Of a stretch of 64,000 nucleotides of DNA, positions 13,415-26,326 are shown in pieces (the first letter of the stretch is position 1; each line of letters begins with the position of its first letter). Location of the stretch: assembly GCF_009914755.1 (NCBI RefSeq), contig NC_060930.1; one strand, given 5' to 3'. The position numbers and the translations under genes were made by a program. The notes below the pieces were generated by a model. It saw only the letters and a program-made list of their open reading frames with translations. It had not been told where the DNA came from and did not search any database. The DNA comes from the human T2T-CHM13v2.0 reference genome, Homo sapiens.

Positions 13415-13632
13415 GAATAATACCATTTATGAAAGGGCTTTCGCAACCTTTACCTTGCTGAATCCACACAACTATCCTGGGAGGTAGGGGTCATTATTAT
13501 TTCCATTCCATAAACAGGGAAACGGGCCAAGACAGATAAACTTCCTCAGCATCACACAGCGAGGAAGGGACAGCTGTGACTTTGACCTAGGTCATTTGGA
13601 ATCATATACTGGGCTCTTCCCACTATACTACA
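13415..13632 (-). mobile_element. MIR
   Basis: GAGGTAGGGGTCATTATTATTTCCATT...CATCACACAGC...GCTCTTCCCACTATAC. Confidence 0.65.
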
Positions 13633-13779
13633 TTTCATTCTGCCCAAAACAATTCTTTTTAGTTAAAACAAAAGAGATGTCATCAATTTTTTTTTTCCTG
13701 TTGGTTCCCAGGCCCAGAACTGAAGCTGTTAACAATGAGATAGGCATCTCAGGGAGGATAAAACTTGTAGGTAATAACA

Positions 13780-14005
13780 GAATGGATAACATTTCCAGAG
13801 CACTTATTTCATGCCAGATATTGGTATAAGGACTTTGCACATTTTAATTATTTTAATGCTTATACAAAACTTGAACCCCAATATATTATATTCCTCTTCC
13901 CATCCCATAGGCATGCAAATTAAATAACTCACTTATTCCTCTGCAATGAGTTAGTTGAACATCTGAATTTGAACCTAGGGAGCCTGGCTTCAGAGCTCCT
14001 AGCAT
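13780..14005 (-). mobile_element. MIR
   Basis: AACATTTCCAGAGCACTTA...ATGCCAG...TTTGAACCTAGGGAGCCTGGCTTCAGAGC. Confidence 0.6.
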
Positions 14006-15071
14006 AATCACTTGCACTTAGCCTCTCCCACAAGCCTGCATCAGTTACATTCTGGGGGCATCCTGGCCTTACAGTACAGGGAAAAGGCCAGACCGTCAGA
14101 CAGAGTAGGCACAAGGAGACTAGGGAGAAAGAAATTGTCCATTGACCAATGTTGAAAGGTGAGAGGGGAAAAGAGAGGTTTAGCAAGGCAGAATAGGTTA
14201 ATCTTTTCATGATAAACTGTTGGCATCAGGTAGGAAGCTTTGCTGCTTGGCTAGGCACAGGACATGATTCTATTTCCTAAAAACTCTGGGCCAGAACCAG
14301 GTAGTACACAATCCCAGAGATACAAAGGAATCAAGTGGTGGGTCTCACTTGACTAGACCACGGTGGAGTAAGCCAGGGACCTGATTGTTGGAAGGGAAAT
14401 GAAAGGTCGTATCTTACAAGCAAACAAACAAAAACAAAACAGTGCAAGAGCCTATGTACTGGCCCTAGGGCACCAAATCATAATAGGATGATCAGCATGC
14501 AGCACAGGTTTGTACCTCAGAACCCCTGAGTGAGACAGAGGCTGCCACAATCAAGGAGATTGGTCTCTAAGAATAGTGTGTGCTCTATCTCAATACAATA
14601 AATCCAGATAAAAAGATAAAGATAGCTACTCTTTGAACTTTTGGTTCCCAGTTTGCAATAGTACCCTTCCCATTTAATTTGTAAAGAATAAAATGAGTCA
14701 TCATCAATATTATTGAAAGAAAGGGCTTCTTAAATTAGTAGGGATTAATTTACTAGGAATAAAGTTGAATTTATTCAAAGGCAAGGATCAGCAAGGACGT
14801 GGTGGGAGAAATAGCTACAGCTATTAGATTAAGTGTCTAAGACTCTTTCTGATGTTACCTCCCCTAGGACATTTTGCTGAATCCCCCATGGCTGATTTTA
14901 TGAACTCTGACTGCAATAACTTTGCATTCTAGGCACACTTACTGCTTTGCACCATAATTAGTTTTTGCTCTTCTTATCCATTTTAGGACTTTGGTTGACG
15001 ATTGAGTTATTCACAATTAGTTCGTGTCACATAATCATCAGTGGTCTACAAAGACCCCACACACATTTTAT

Positions 15072-15072
<1 letters not shown>

Positions 15073-15114
<42 letters not shown>
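15073..15114. repeat. (TCTA)10 tetranucleotide STR
   Basis: Read directly from the sequence. Confidence 0.98.
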
Positions 15115-15813
15115 ATTCATTTTTTCAACAGTCTGTACTCCCACGTCCCTCCACATCATAGGCTGTCATTTTAACGTGTTTCCATGTATCCTTTAATTTG
15201 TTTGCTAAATGGGCATCATTGCTTTGTGTGAATGTATTTTAATTTATATGTATGGTATTGTTATAGATTATTTTGTTTCTTCCTTTTAAGCTTGCTCAGC
15301 GCTATGTGTTTTAAAGGTATATCTGTTATTTTGTTACATCTAGTTCTTTGCTTCTAACTGTGGCAAAGCATCCCACAGTGTGCTTCCACACTGAGACCTA
15401 TATTGCCTGCAACTTATTGCTGACTTCAAAAGGGCTGAGCTGAACATCTTGGTGTATGGACCCCGGAGAGCTTAGTGAGAATTCCTCTTACATAAATACC
15501 AGAAGACAGATTGCTCATTCATTGCAATTTGATTTCCTATCCGCTCTCCAGAACGATGTGCTTTTCAATTCATGTGTTTGTCTAGACTATACATTTCTTG
15601 AAGGCAGGCAAAATTGTCTTATTTCTTATAATATTATGTCTGCATTGTGGAGGAAGTGGTTACTGCATATTTATTGAATACACAAATGGGACCAGATAGT
15701 CTAGTTTTTTAAATTTCTAAAGGCAACTAGCATGGTGGTTTATAAATGAAATCCATATTGCACAGTTTGCCTACAAGGAGAGTCCTCTTTCAGTTTACCA
15801 GTGAGGGAAAAGG

Positions 15814-15815
<2 letters not shown>

Positions 15816-15871
<56 letters not shown>
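15816..15871. repeat. (AC)28 microsatellite
   Basis: Uninterrupted run read directly from the sequence. Confidence 0.98.
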
Positions 15872-15873
<2 letters not shown>

Positions 15874-16039
15874 TTTAAAAGCTGCCAGAGCTTAGGGACT
15901 CTGTCCTGTCTTTGAACTGCTGTTTCCACACAGGAGTGGAAGTGCTTTCTATTATTCTAGTAAAAAGGACATGCTCTGTGGGGCTTCCCATAATTGTTCC
16001 AAGAGCCAACAAACTGGATTTCCAATACCACTTCTCCCA

Positions 16040-16230
16040 GAAATCAACAATGTTTCCTCTCTCACTCTACCTTCCGGTTAAAAAAAAAAAAAAAGTTCCT
16101 GTTTGTGATGAACAGGGGTCAGATTTCTCCGTGGGAATGATCGTAAAGAATTAACATCCTTCTCCAGACAATGTCACAGTGTCACGGAGCACGTTTTACC
16201 TTCCCCGTAGGGCCCCCACGTGGAATGGGA
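16040..16230. promoter_or_regulatory. Candidate enhancer (SOX, ETS, RBPJ, TEAD and E-box motif cluster)
   Basis: AACAATG 16046, CTTCCGG 16071, TTCCTGTTT 16096, CGTGGGAA 16130, CACGTG 16217, GGAATG 16222; 7 CpGs in about 150 bp of unique DNA. Confidence 0.35.
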
Positions 16231-17319
16231 ACAGCCTGGGATATCCATCAGGGGATGACAGACTTATGGCACCATCACAGGTCAATGCCAGACCAATTAG
16301 AAGATGAACATTGGGGTCTATTTAAAATAAAATGATACAGGTTCCTGATATGAAATCAAGGCTGCAGGTGTTAGTAAGTAGCATGATTGCTTAAAACAGT
16401 ACTTAAGTATTACAAAGCATTAGTCTAAGATCTAAAACAATCTAGTTAATAAATATATGTATTTTTTTCAATTATCCATGCCTAGGAAAAACTAGACAAG
16501 AATCAAAATCATAAAATCAATCATTCAGTGTGATGTCTATTTTTTAAATTTCCTACCATGTTTTCATCTTATATAATATTGAAAATTTAACTTTTTATTC
16601 AGTGTACAAAATATTTTACCTGAAGCAGAAAGAGAAAATGTTTAATAATAAAGTGGCAGTATAAAATGTAGCATCAATAACTGACCATTTTCATTTCATA
16701 CTGTGAGCTTGAGAGCACCTCGGAAATGAAAAACCTATATTCCAGAAGTGGCCTTTGTCAAAAGGCAAAGTGGTCTTAGACTTTGTGCCTCTGCACAGGC
16801 CTTCTGCATCTGTAAAGAAAGGAGGATATACTGGACAATATAAACTGCATTCTTTTGGATTTGATAAAGTCCTGGAAATTTCACTAAATCTTACTTGTTT
16901 CCTATCAGAGGGATTGGGTCAAACCAAACATCTGACCAAGAATTTTGCATTAGTTCCAAAATTACAGCGATTTCCAGGAAAGCTCAGTGAAGGATAAGGA
17001 GTTTTAGTTTTCTCAACGTCAGCAGGTTATATTTTCCAAGAAAAGTATTATAACACATAGCAAAAATAAAAATAAATGTGGAGAATCCTCTACAGTGATG
17101 GGCACAATTAAATTACAAACAAAGGACAGCTTTCCCAAAATGTATGGTCATATTCTTTACAAACATCCCTTAATGAGAACTGGCTGACCACCTGATCAAA
17201 ATGACCTTTAACAAGAAATACCTCAAAGATGTCAACTGACACATCATTAATCTCTGAAGTTATGATTAGTCATCACATATTATTTGGTAGTGGTATTAGA
17301 GGGAAGTGCATCAATATTA

Positions 17320-17565
17320 ATAACAATGGCTAATGCTTACTGAGTGGTCGCTGCAGTGTACGCAAAATTCTAGGTTGTTTGCATATATATTGATTCATTT
17401 AATCCTCACAAAAACTATGAAATGGCTGGTAATATATTTATTTTAGAGATGAAGAATATGAGGCATAGTAAAGATAAGGAATATGTTCAGAGTTTACAGC
17501 TAATAGGGAATGGAGCTGGAAGTCAACTCAGTCCTCTAGCTTCAGAGTCCATGCTCTTTTTCATA
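17320..17565 (-). mobile_element. Near full-length MIR
   Basis: GCTTACTGAGTG...TCATTTAATCCTCACAA...AGATGAAGAA...CTTCAGAGTCCATGCTCTT. Confidence 0.8.
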
Positions 17566-18716
17566 ATGGCATAATAAATACATCTCAAAAAGGGCTTTAA
17601 ATTTTGAAGAATTCCCCTTCCTTCTTTCTTCCCCATCTTCCTATCCCCAAACTCTACCCTTTCTTTCAGCAAGTGTAATTTAAACACCAGTAAGTGCTAG
17701 ATAATTCTACATATTGAGAATTCTAAGGTAAATCAAATAAGATCCCTAATCATCAAAGTGTTCACTACTCAGTAGGATAAATAGATTCAACTGCAAGTTA
17801 AGATGATACATTATAATAATAACTACAATGGAAAAGCCCAGTTGGCCCAAGAAGCCTGGGAAAGAGATTCCAGAGACAATACTTAACCTGTCTTTGAAGA
17901 ATGATTACCAGGTGTAGATTGAAGGGATAAGTCATTGTCAATAGGAGAGGCAGTGTGTGTAGAGTCCTAGAAGTTCACATTTAAAGGCACTTCTCTGGAG
18001 TAGCAAATACTTTAATGTGACTTCAGTGCACAAACCTGAAAACTGAGAATATATAAATGACAGCTATGCACTCTGTAGATGTGTGGTTTCTCCTTGGTCA
18101 CATAACAATCATCACCTTGCAATATTTTTAAATTGTGTGTTCCTTTACAATTTAGATGATAAATATGCTGTGAAGAAATCAATTCTGCTCACTATTCAAA
18201 TCCATTGTTTGCCAACACTCACATTCACCTTTGTGGTTCTCATGATAACTCGTGAATATTACCATTACTGTCATTTTACAGCGCAGCACCTGGAAGCTCA
18301 AAGAGATAAGATGGCTTGGCGAAATTGACATTAACACCAAATAGTGGCATCAATGTTTTAACTCCTGATTCAGTTCTGTTGCCCAACACCAAAATCTGTG
18401 GCTGGATCATTGCTTTTAACCATAAGTTACCAAAACACTAAGGTAGGCAGAGCAGAAAAACAACAGGATTGTGTCTCTAATGCATCAATAAGTCATTGTA
18501 CCAGATTTATATGATTTGCAGATTTCTTGATATTTAACAAGAATAAATTTGTTTAAAAATAAATAAATAAAATACAAAGTATCCGGTCAATTAAAAGTGA
18601 GATATCACTTCATTTGATGTCTTGCTTTAATTTTCTGCAGTAATGGCACTTTTTATTCTGACAGTTCTCTGCCAAAATATTTTTATTAGCTAGCTATATA
18701 TTTTTAAACACCTTTC

Positions 18717-19020
18717 TTTATTTTTATTTTTATTTTTGAGACAGGGTCTCACTTTGTTATCCAGGCTGGAGTGCGGTGGTAGAATCATTGCTCACTGCAG
18801 TCTTGACCTCCTGGGCTCCAGTTATCTTTCCACCTCAGCATCCAAGTAGCTGAGACCACAGGAGCATGTCAACATGCTTGGCTAAGTTTTATTTTTTTTT
18901 TTGGTAGAGACAAGACAGGGTCTCACTATGTTGGACAGACTGGTCTCAAACTCTTGGGGTCAAGTGATCCTCCTGCCTCGGCTTCCCAAAATTCTGGGAT
19001 TACAGGTGTTGCACCTGGCC
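18717..19020 (-). mobile_element. AluJ
   Basis: Dimer with J diagnostics (GAGACAGGGTCTCAC, CTCCTGGGCTC); degenerate TSD ending CTTTCTTT. Confidence 0.93.
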
Positions 19021-19068
19021 AAAAAATCTTTCTTTAGAAAAAATAAAAGGCAATGCAAGGGGAATGTC

Positions 19069-19974
19069 AGTTGGGAGATGTTTTAGTCAGCTTGGGCTGC
19101 CGTAACAAAATACCGCAGACTGAGTAGTTTAAACAGTAGAGATTTATTTCCCAGTTCTGGGGTCTGGAAAGTCCAAGATTAATACAGTAGGGTAGGTTTC
19201 ATTCTGAGGCTTTTTCTCTTAGCTTTTAGGCAACTGCCATCTTGTAGGGTGCTCACATAACCTCTTCTTTGTACATAGATGGGAAGAGAGTGAGAGAGGT
19301 TCACTCTCTCTTTATAAGGGCACTAATCCCATTATGAGGGGCCCATCCTCATAACCCCATTAAAATCTAATTACCTCCCAAGAGCTGCAGTCTTCAAATA
19401 CCTCCACATCAGGGGTTAAGGCTTCAACAAGAATTTTGAGAGGACATTTTTCAGTCCATAATAAGAGACAATTTTTCTTGAGTCTTTTGCATTTTTGCAT
19501 GTTTTTATAAGCAGTGGCACTGACAGCTTTTTTTCCAGACTATCCTTTCAAAGGTGTTGCTAAAGCAAACAGCTTTAGAAGACAGATAATGTCTGCCTTT
19601 GGAGAAAAGGGCAGTTTTGTTTTTTGTGCAGTTTAATAAAGATAATGTCTCTCTCTGAGACAAGATTAAGCAGATTTGCTTGCAGTCCATTATAAAGGAC
19701 TGAGGTTTCCTAAACTTGAGATTTCTCTTCTGTAATACAATCCACTGCATGTGCATGTGTTACAGCCTTTGCTTTGTCACTCTCTGGGAATTAGGAGTAA
19801 AGAAATTAGTGAAATAAAATGCTGATATCTTGACTACTGCTACTGCTGTGAGCAATAAACTGTCTTTTCTCTCACTCAGGTCTCATTTCTTTCGCCAGCA
19901 CATCTACATCTATGGCAACCTAATTTGTAGTTTGCAAGTAGGGTAAAATCTCAGACCTTTCACAGTTCTTGACA
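19069..19974 (+). mobile_element. ERVL solo LTR (LTR40-like), interrupted near its 5' end by MLT1A
   Basis: GTTGGGAGA|CAATT start split by the insertion; ends GGGTAAAATCTCAGACCTTTCACAGTTCTTGACA; TSD ATGTC/ATATC. Confidence 0.72.
19079..19463 (-). mobile_element. MLT1A-like MaLR solo LTR
   Basis: TTGGGCTGCCGTAACAAAATACC...TTATAAGGGCACTAATCCCATT...GCTTCAACA; 5-bp TSD GGAGA/AGAGA. Confidence 0.88.
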
Positions 19975-20429
19975 ATATCTAAACCACAAAACAAACAAAA
20001 AATACAAAATAAACCAGAAAACTATGTGTGATCAGGCAATAAAACTTTACATATGAATTTATAAATAACCCCTAGGCTAAAATAAAGTATGGTATTGGTA
20101 CTGCATTACATATTTTAATGTTCCTATTGTTATTATATCCAAGGCTTTCATGTAACATTACAGTCATAATATCTCAAAATAGTCCAGAGTCATGCCAATT
20201 TATTCAAGAAGGCCTCATTGTAAGGAGGACAACTTCTCATCCATGGAAATAGCTTGAGTATCAAGAAAATGCTTCACAGATTTTTAACCCAAACTAATTC
20301 AATGAAGCAGTAGGTATTAATTGATTGAACAATTCCTTTATTGAATAAAGTCCATTTATCAGATACATCTAGACTGCTGACAGCTGTGGTGCGCTCCTCT
20401 GGCAACTGTAGACTACCGAAACATAAAGG

Positions 20430-22290
20430 ACAGGGAAAGTCCCTGTGGGAAGGAACCTAACATCTCATCTGGAAGAGAGCAAGCAGTAAGCAAATCAATA
20501 TGATTTCAGATACTATAAAGTGCTTTAAGGATAAAAAATAACAAAGGGATAGAGAGTAATAGGGGCTGATGGAGAACTTAACATATAGAGGAAGGCCTCT
20601 TTGAGAAAGTGATGTGTGAGCAGAGACCTGAGTGTCCCAGTTGAGTAATATTTGAGGGAAAGAGTCTTCCAGACAGACAAAACCCAGCCAGTCAGGGACA
20701 GGAATGAGCAAAATCTGCTCTTGAAAATGCAAAAACCTAATGTGAGAGAATCAAGTGAGCAAGTGGTAGGAGATAAAATTGGAGGAGAAGGCAAAGGCCC
20801 GTTCATCTGGGACTTTGTCAGCCACAGTAAGGCCTGTACATTACCCTAAGTGTTGTGGAAGCCATTCACATGTGCACGGGGGATGCTTGACCGGTGAATA
20901 GACTGTAGCATGGTGAACGTGGTAAGCACTTTAGAAGGCTATCGTACCAGTTTAGACATTACAAGAGATGATGGTGATGATGATTACAAGAGGTGATGGG
21001 GAGGTACTTAGAAATGGCCATCTTAGGGGTATATTTTGATGGTAGTTACTGCAATATTTGCTGATAGATTGGATGTGTAGTGTGAGGAAAAGGCTTTATT
21101 CAGGGATGATTTTCCAGGTTTTTGCCTGAGCAATGAAGTGGTGTCTTGGACTAAGCTAGGGAAGACGGGGAGGAGTTAGTTTTGTGGGGGAAATTATGAG
21201 TTCTTTTTTTGCCATATAAAGTTGGATTTCCTATAATAGATTGAAATGGGGATGTGAGTGAGCAGGTTCTGGAGTACAGAGGAAGTTTCCAGATAGTGCT
21301 CTGGTTACCTACTGCCACATAACACTCCCGCTCCAATGAAGCTTAGTGGCTTAAAATGACAGCAACATTTATTTTTCTTGCAAACCTGTAATTTGAGTAG
21401 GGCTTAATGGGGACGTGTTTCTGCTTCATTTGGCATCAGCTGGGGCAACTTGAAGGCTGGAAGCTGGAATGATCTGCAGCCTGTCTTACTCACTTGTCTG
21501 GTGGTTGGGGATGGCCATCAGCCATCTGCTGGGGCTGGGCCAGCACTCCCACACATGGCCTGTCCATGTGGCTGCCTGGTTTCCTCATACATGGTTGTGT
21601 TCCAAGGGTGCACATCCCAAGAGAGACAGAACCAGGGTGAAGCTGTATTACCTTTCCCAGTCTAGCCTCAGGAGTCCCACAGCGTCACTTTTGCTTCTTT
21701 CTACTTACTAGAAGTAAGTCAATTACTAAGCCTGGCCCCTATTCAAAGGGAGGGGAATCAGACTCCACCTTTGGTAAGAGGTGTGTCAAAACATTTATGG
21801 ACTTGTTTTAAAACTATTACAGCTTAAAAAAACAGATTTGGAAATCACTGGCATATTGCTGACATTTATACCCATTAGAAGAGATGAAATTGCTTAGGGA
21901 GAGAGTAAAGCCAGAAGAGACAGAAGGCCAAGGACTATACCCTGGAAGATCACTGACATGTAGTTTCTCAGAGTTAGAGGAACCAGAAAAGAAGACTCAG
22001 AAGGGGAAGCCATTGAAAAAGGGAGAAAACCAGAACAATGTGGTGTCCTGAAAGCCAAGAGATGAAAGGTGCTTCACCAAGGAGAGACAGCGGTGTCTGA
22101 TACTGTGGATGACTCAGACAGATTAAGCAAGGTGCAGACAATGAACTGGTGACTGGGTGTTGTGGGGTGGAGGTTGCTGGGACTTTGACAAGACAAGAGC
22201 AGTTTGGTTGTGTAATGACAACACAAACCTGGTTGGGGGGATTTCAAGATATAACTGGGAGGTGAAAAAGCAAAGACCACTTTTCAGTCT
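20430..22290 (-). mobile_element. L2 relic interrupted by MLT1
   Basis: GGAAGGCCTCTTTGAGAAAGTGAT, TTTGCTGATAGATTGGATGTG, GGTTTTTGCCTGAGCAA and GTGGTGTCCTGAAAGCCAAG. Confidence 0.75.
21296..21821 (-). mobile_element. MLT1G/H-like MaLR LTR
   Basis: GCTTAGTGGCTTAAAA, TCTAGCCTCAGGAGTC and TTCAAAGGGAGGGGAATCAGACTCCACCT. Confidence 0.82.
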
Positions 22291-22819
22291 TCTTCCATAT
22301 GTTCTGTGATGCACAAGGCCCCATGGAGTCATGATATAGAAGGGAAAGGGAGAGAACTTAGGAACAGTGTAAGTGTATGGTAAGTAATTTAGACAGAGTG
22401 ATTATTTATGACTAGTTGAAAATAATCCCTAAGGACATATTAGCTGCACTTTTTCCCTTACTAAATTTTAAATGGCTGAACAATCTCATTTGAACACATA
22501 GGTATGACTATTCATTGATTCTTAAGACTTTTAAGGTAGTTCTTATGTCCTGAATCTAACAGCAGGAAACTTTCAGCAAATGATTGAAAACAAAGCGAGA
22601 TATTAACGACACAGCAAATTCCCCAAGAAGAGCAGAGACAAGAACCATTTGCATACAAGCACATTTTGTTATTAAATTTTGTTAAATCTCTTTTTCATTT
22701 TAATCAGAGAAAAAACAAGGAGTTCAAAATGGGTCTTATGGACATATTTAAGTGTGATTTTTAAACCTATTCTTTAAAACCACATTTTTATATCAATCAC
22801 ATTTTCTAGGTAAGAATAT

Positions 22820-23080
22820 TAATAATAGTTAGTGCTTAGATAGTGATAACTTTCTACTGATCCCTTACCTAACTTTACTATTTCCAATTACTCTTTAAAA
22901 TACTTAATATTTAATCCCACCATAATGCTATGAGATAGGTTTTTCTTATAAACTAGGAAACTGAGGCTCAGAGGGATCAAATGTCTTGCTTAGCGTCAGC
23001 AAAGAGAAGCTGGGGGAGCCAGACTTCCTACTGAACAAGTTGGCTCAGTGTCTGGGCTCCTAATCACAGGGCATACTGCT
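22820..23080 (-). mobile_element. MIR
   Basis: TTTAATCCCAC...CTATGAGATAGG...GGAAACTGAGGCTCAGAG. Confidence 0.72.
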
Positions 23081-23649
23081 CCTCAAAAACATGTTCTTCT
23101 ACCAGAAATGGAAACCAACCTGCAGTTGCTTTACAGCAAGTGTTTCTTTCTGTTTTTTCATTTTCTTATTTTAGTGGACAAATAAAATTTTACTGATATA
23201 TTTAAAAGGTGTTTTTAAACTCTCAGCCTTGTGGGTGATTTTTTTTTTTTTATTTTTAGTGTAGAAAAAAATGTACTGCAGTGCTCTAATTAAAAGAGGG
23301 CAATGCCAATTGCCCCTGAACTTTCAGAGCAGAGAGTTCTGTCTTGAAAGAAGCTTTGTTTAATAGACAAAGACTATGAAGAAAAAGTAGTGGCAAAGTT
23401 TCATCAGGTGTTAAGTTCTGAGCCAATAGCCATCTGCTAGTTCTCAGAAATGTTTAGGATGCCACCTTTCTTCAAGTTAAAATGAGAGGAAAGCCATTAA
23501 TATGCGATATTAATCATTGCAACCCAGGCCAAAATTCTGTGGGATTAGGATGAGAATCCTGAGTCCACAGTGTAGCCAGTATCATTGCCCACCAATCCAG
23601 TGACAGCCAGCTAGAAATAATATTGAATTCAATTCAATAAAAATATATT

Positions 23650-24029
<380 letters not shown>

Positions 24030-24907
24030 CTACTATGTACTGGCATTATTTGTGGTCTTAGGGAACCCAGGAAGCTGACAGTCTCTTTTAGGTGGAAGAG
24101 AAACAAGAAAACGGGTAATTAAAGTATATGGTCAGTACAGTAATTATTGTTCAGGGGAGAGATGGGGATAATTTTAAGAGTAGCCGATAGTTCAAATAGG
24201 CTTTGAATAATAAATATTTGTGTTTTATAGCAACTAGGTGTGATAGGGGCATAACAGACATTCTAAGCAAAAGGAATACGTGAAAAAGTTTTAAAAGACA
24301 AGATACAAGAGACACATGCACGTTACCGTTTTTGTAAAAGTACATGTTTATCATAATATAGTCAAATAATATACAATTAAGGAACTAAAGAAATCCAAAA
24401 TCTCTATGTGTAGAGACAATCACTTCCATGTTTCCATTAGGAGATGGCCATGAGAATGACACTTGTAGCCTCCCTTCTCACTTGCTCACTCTTTCCTATG
24501 AAATGGGAATTGTTTTATCTGATCATGAGCAGACAGAGCCTTAGATAGAGTTTATTTTATTAGGCAAGATGCATTCTGCTCTCTTCCTGCTTCCATGCTG
24601 TCATATGGAAGTTTATGTATGCTTATTAGCGCGCGTTCTAGAGACAAATCAGGAGACCCATCACATGCTGTCCCCACTCCTGGAGCCCAGTAAGCACAAA
24701 GAGTAAAATTTCCCCTTGTAGATGTGTGGGTAGCAGTCAGATGGCCAAATTAGACTATCTCTTGGATGGGTTGTCTTGAAGTGGGATTTTGCGGGAAGTA
24801 TTGTGAACTACCTTTGGCTGTAGGACCAATTCAGTATCTACTTCAGACCTAATGGCATAAAAGCTTACGGACACTTTGATTTCTACCTGCTTTCTTTATA
24901 TACATTC

Positions 24908-25222
24908 TTTTGTTTATTTGGTTTTGTTTGTTTGAGGCAGGGTTTTGCCCTGTTGCCCAGGCTGGAGCGCAGTGATGTGATCACAGCACACTGTAGCCTC
25001 GACCTCCTAGGCTGAAGCAGTCCTCTTACTTCAGCCTCTGAAGTACTGGGGACTACAGGCACATACCACTATGCCCAGCTAATTTTTTTATTTTTATTTT
25101 TTGCAGAGAAAAGGTCCTCCCTGTGTTTCCCAGGCTGGTGTCAAACCCCTGGCCTCAAGTGATTCTCCTGCCTTAGCCTCCCAGTGCACTGGGATTACAA
25201 GCATGAGCTATGGCATCCGGCC
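24908..25222 (-). mobile_element. AluJ
   Basis: Dimer with J diagnostics and a (TTTG)-type tail. Confidence 0.93.
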
Positions 25223-25282
25223 TGAAGAACCATTTTTTAATCCTGTGTTTTATATTCAATCCTCAATTCAAAAACAACTGTT

Positions 25283-25574
25283 GGCCTAGCGCAGTGGCTC
25301 ACACCTGTAATTCCAACACTTTGGGAGGCCTAGGCAAGTGGATCACTTGAGGTCAGGAGTTCAAAACCAGCCTGGCCAATATGGCAAAACCCTGTCTCTA
25401 CTAAAAAATACAAAAATTACCTGGGCATGGTGGCACGCACCTGTAATCCCAGCTACTGGGTGGCTGAGGCAGGAAACCTGGGAGGCAGAGGCTGTGGTGG
25501 GTTGAGATCGTGCCACTGCACTCTAGCCTGGGTGACAGAGTGAGACCTTGTCTTAAAAAAAGAAAAAAAAAAAA
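25283..25574 (+). mobile_element. AluS
   Basis: Dimer with a small right-arm deletion; TSD AAAAACAACTGTT/AAAAGCAACTCTT. Confidence 0.95.
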
Positions 25575-25783
25575 GCAACTCTTCTTAGTTATACTTCTAA
25601 AATATCTCTCATCTATCCACTTATCTCTGCCCATCTTCATCACCTGCACCATGGTTCCAGACATCTTCCTATCTTCCTGGACACTTATAAAGTCCTTCTC
25701 ATTGGTTTCCTGATTCTACTTGTATCACTCTTTAATGCTACTATCACATAGCAGATGGATTAATAATTTAAAAATAAAAAACA

Positions 25784-26086
<303 letters not shown>

Positions 26087-26230
26087 TTACAAAACCTTTT
26101 CATTGTATTTACAATAAAATCCAAGAAACAACAGCCATACCTTACAAGGCTCTTCTTGGTTCTCTATCCTCACTTTGTACAATTGCCTTATATTCTTTCT
26201 CTGCTTCTCTACTTTACACTAGTCTTTTTC

Positions 26231-26326
26231 CATTTTTGTTCTGGAAACAAGTCAAGATTCTTCCAATTCAAGATTCTTCCAATTCATTTTTGTTCTGGAA
26301 ACAAGTCAAGATTCTTCCAATTCAAG
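26231..26326. repeat. Perfect 42-bp direct duplication with a nested 15-bp-period repeat
   Basis: 26231-26272 is identical to 26285-26326. Confidence 0.97.
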
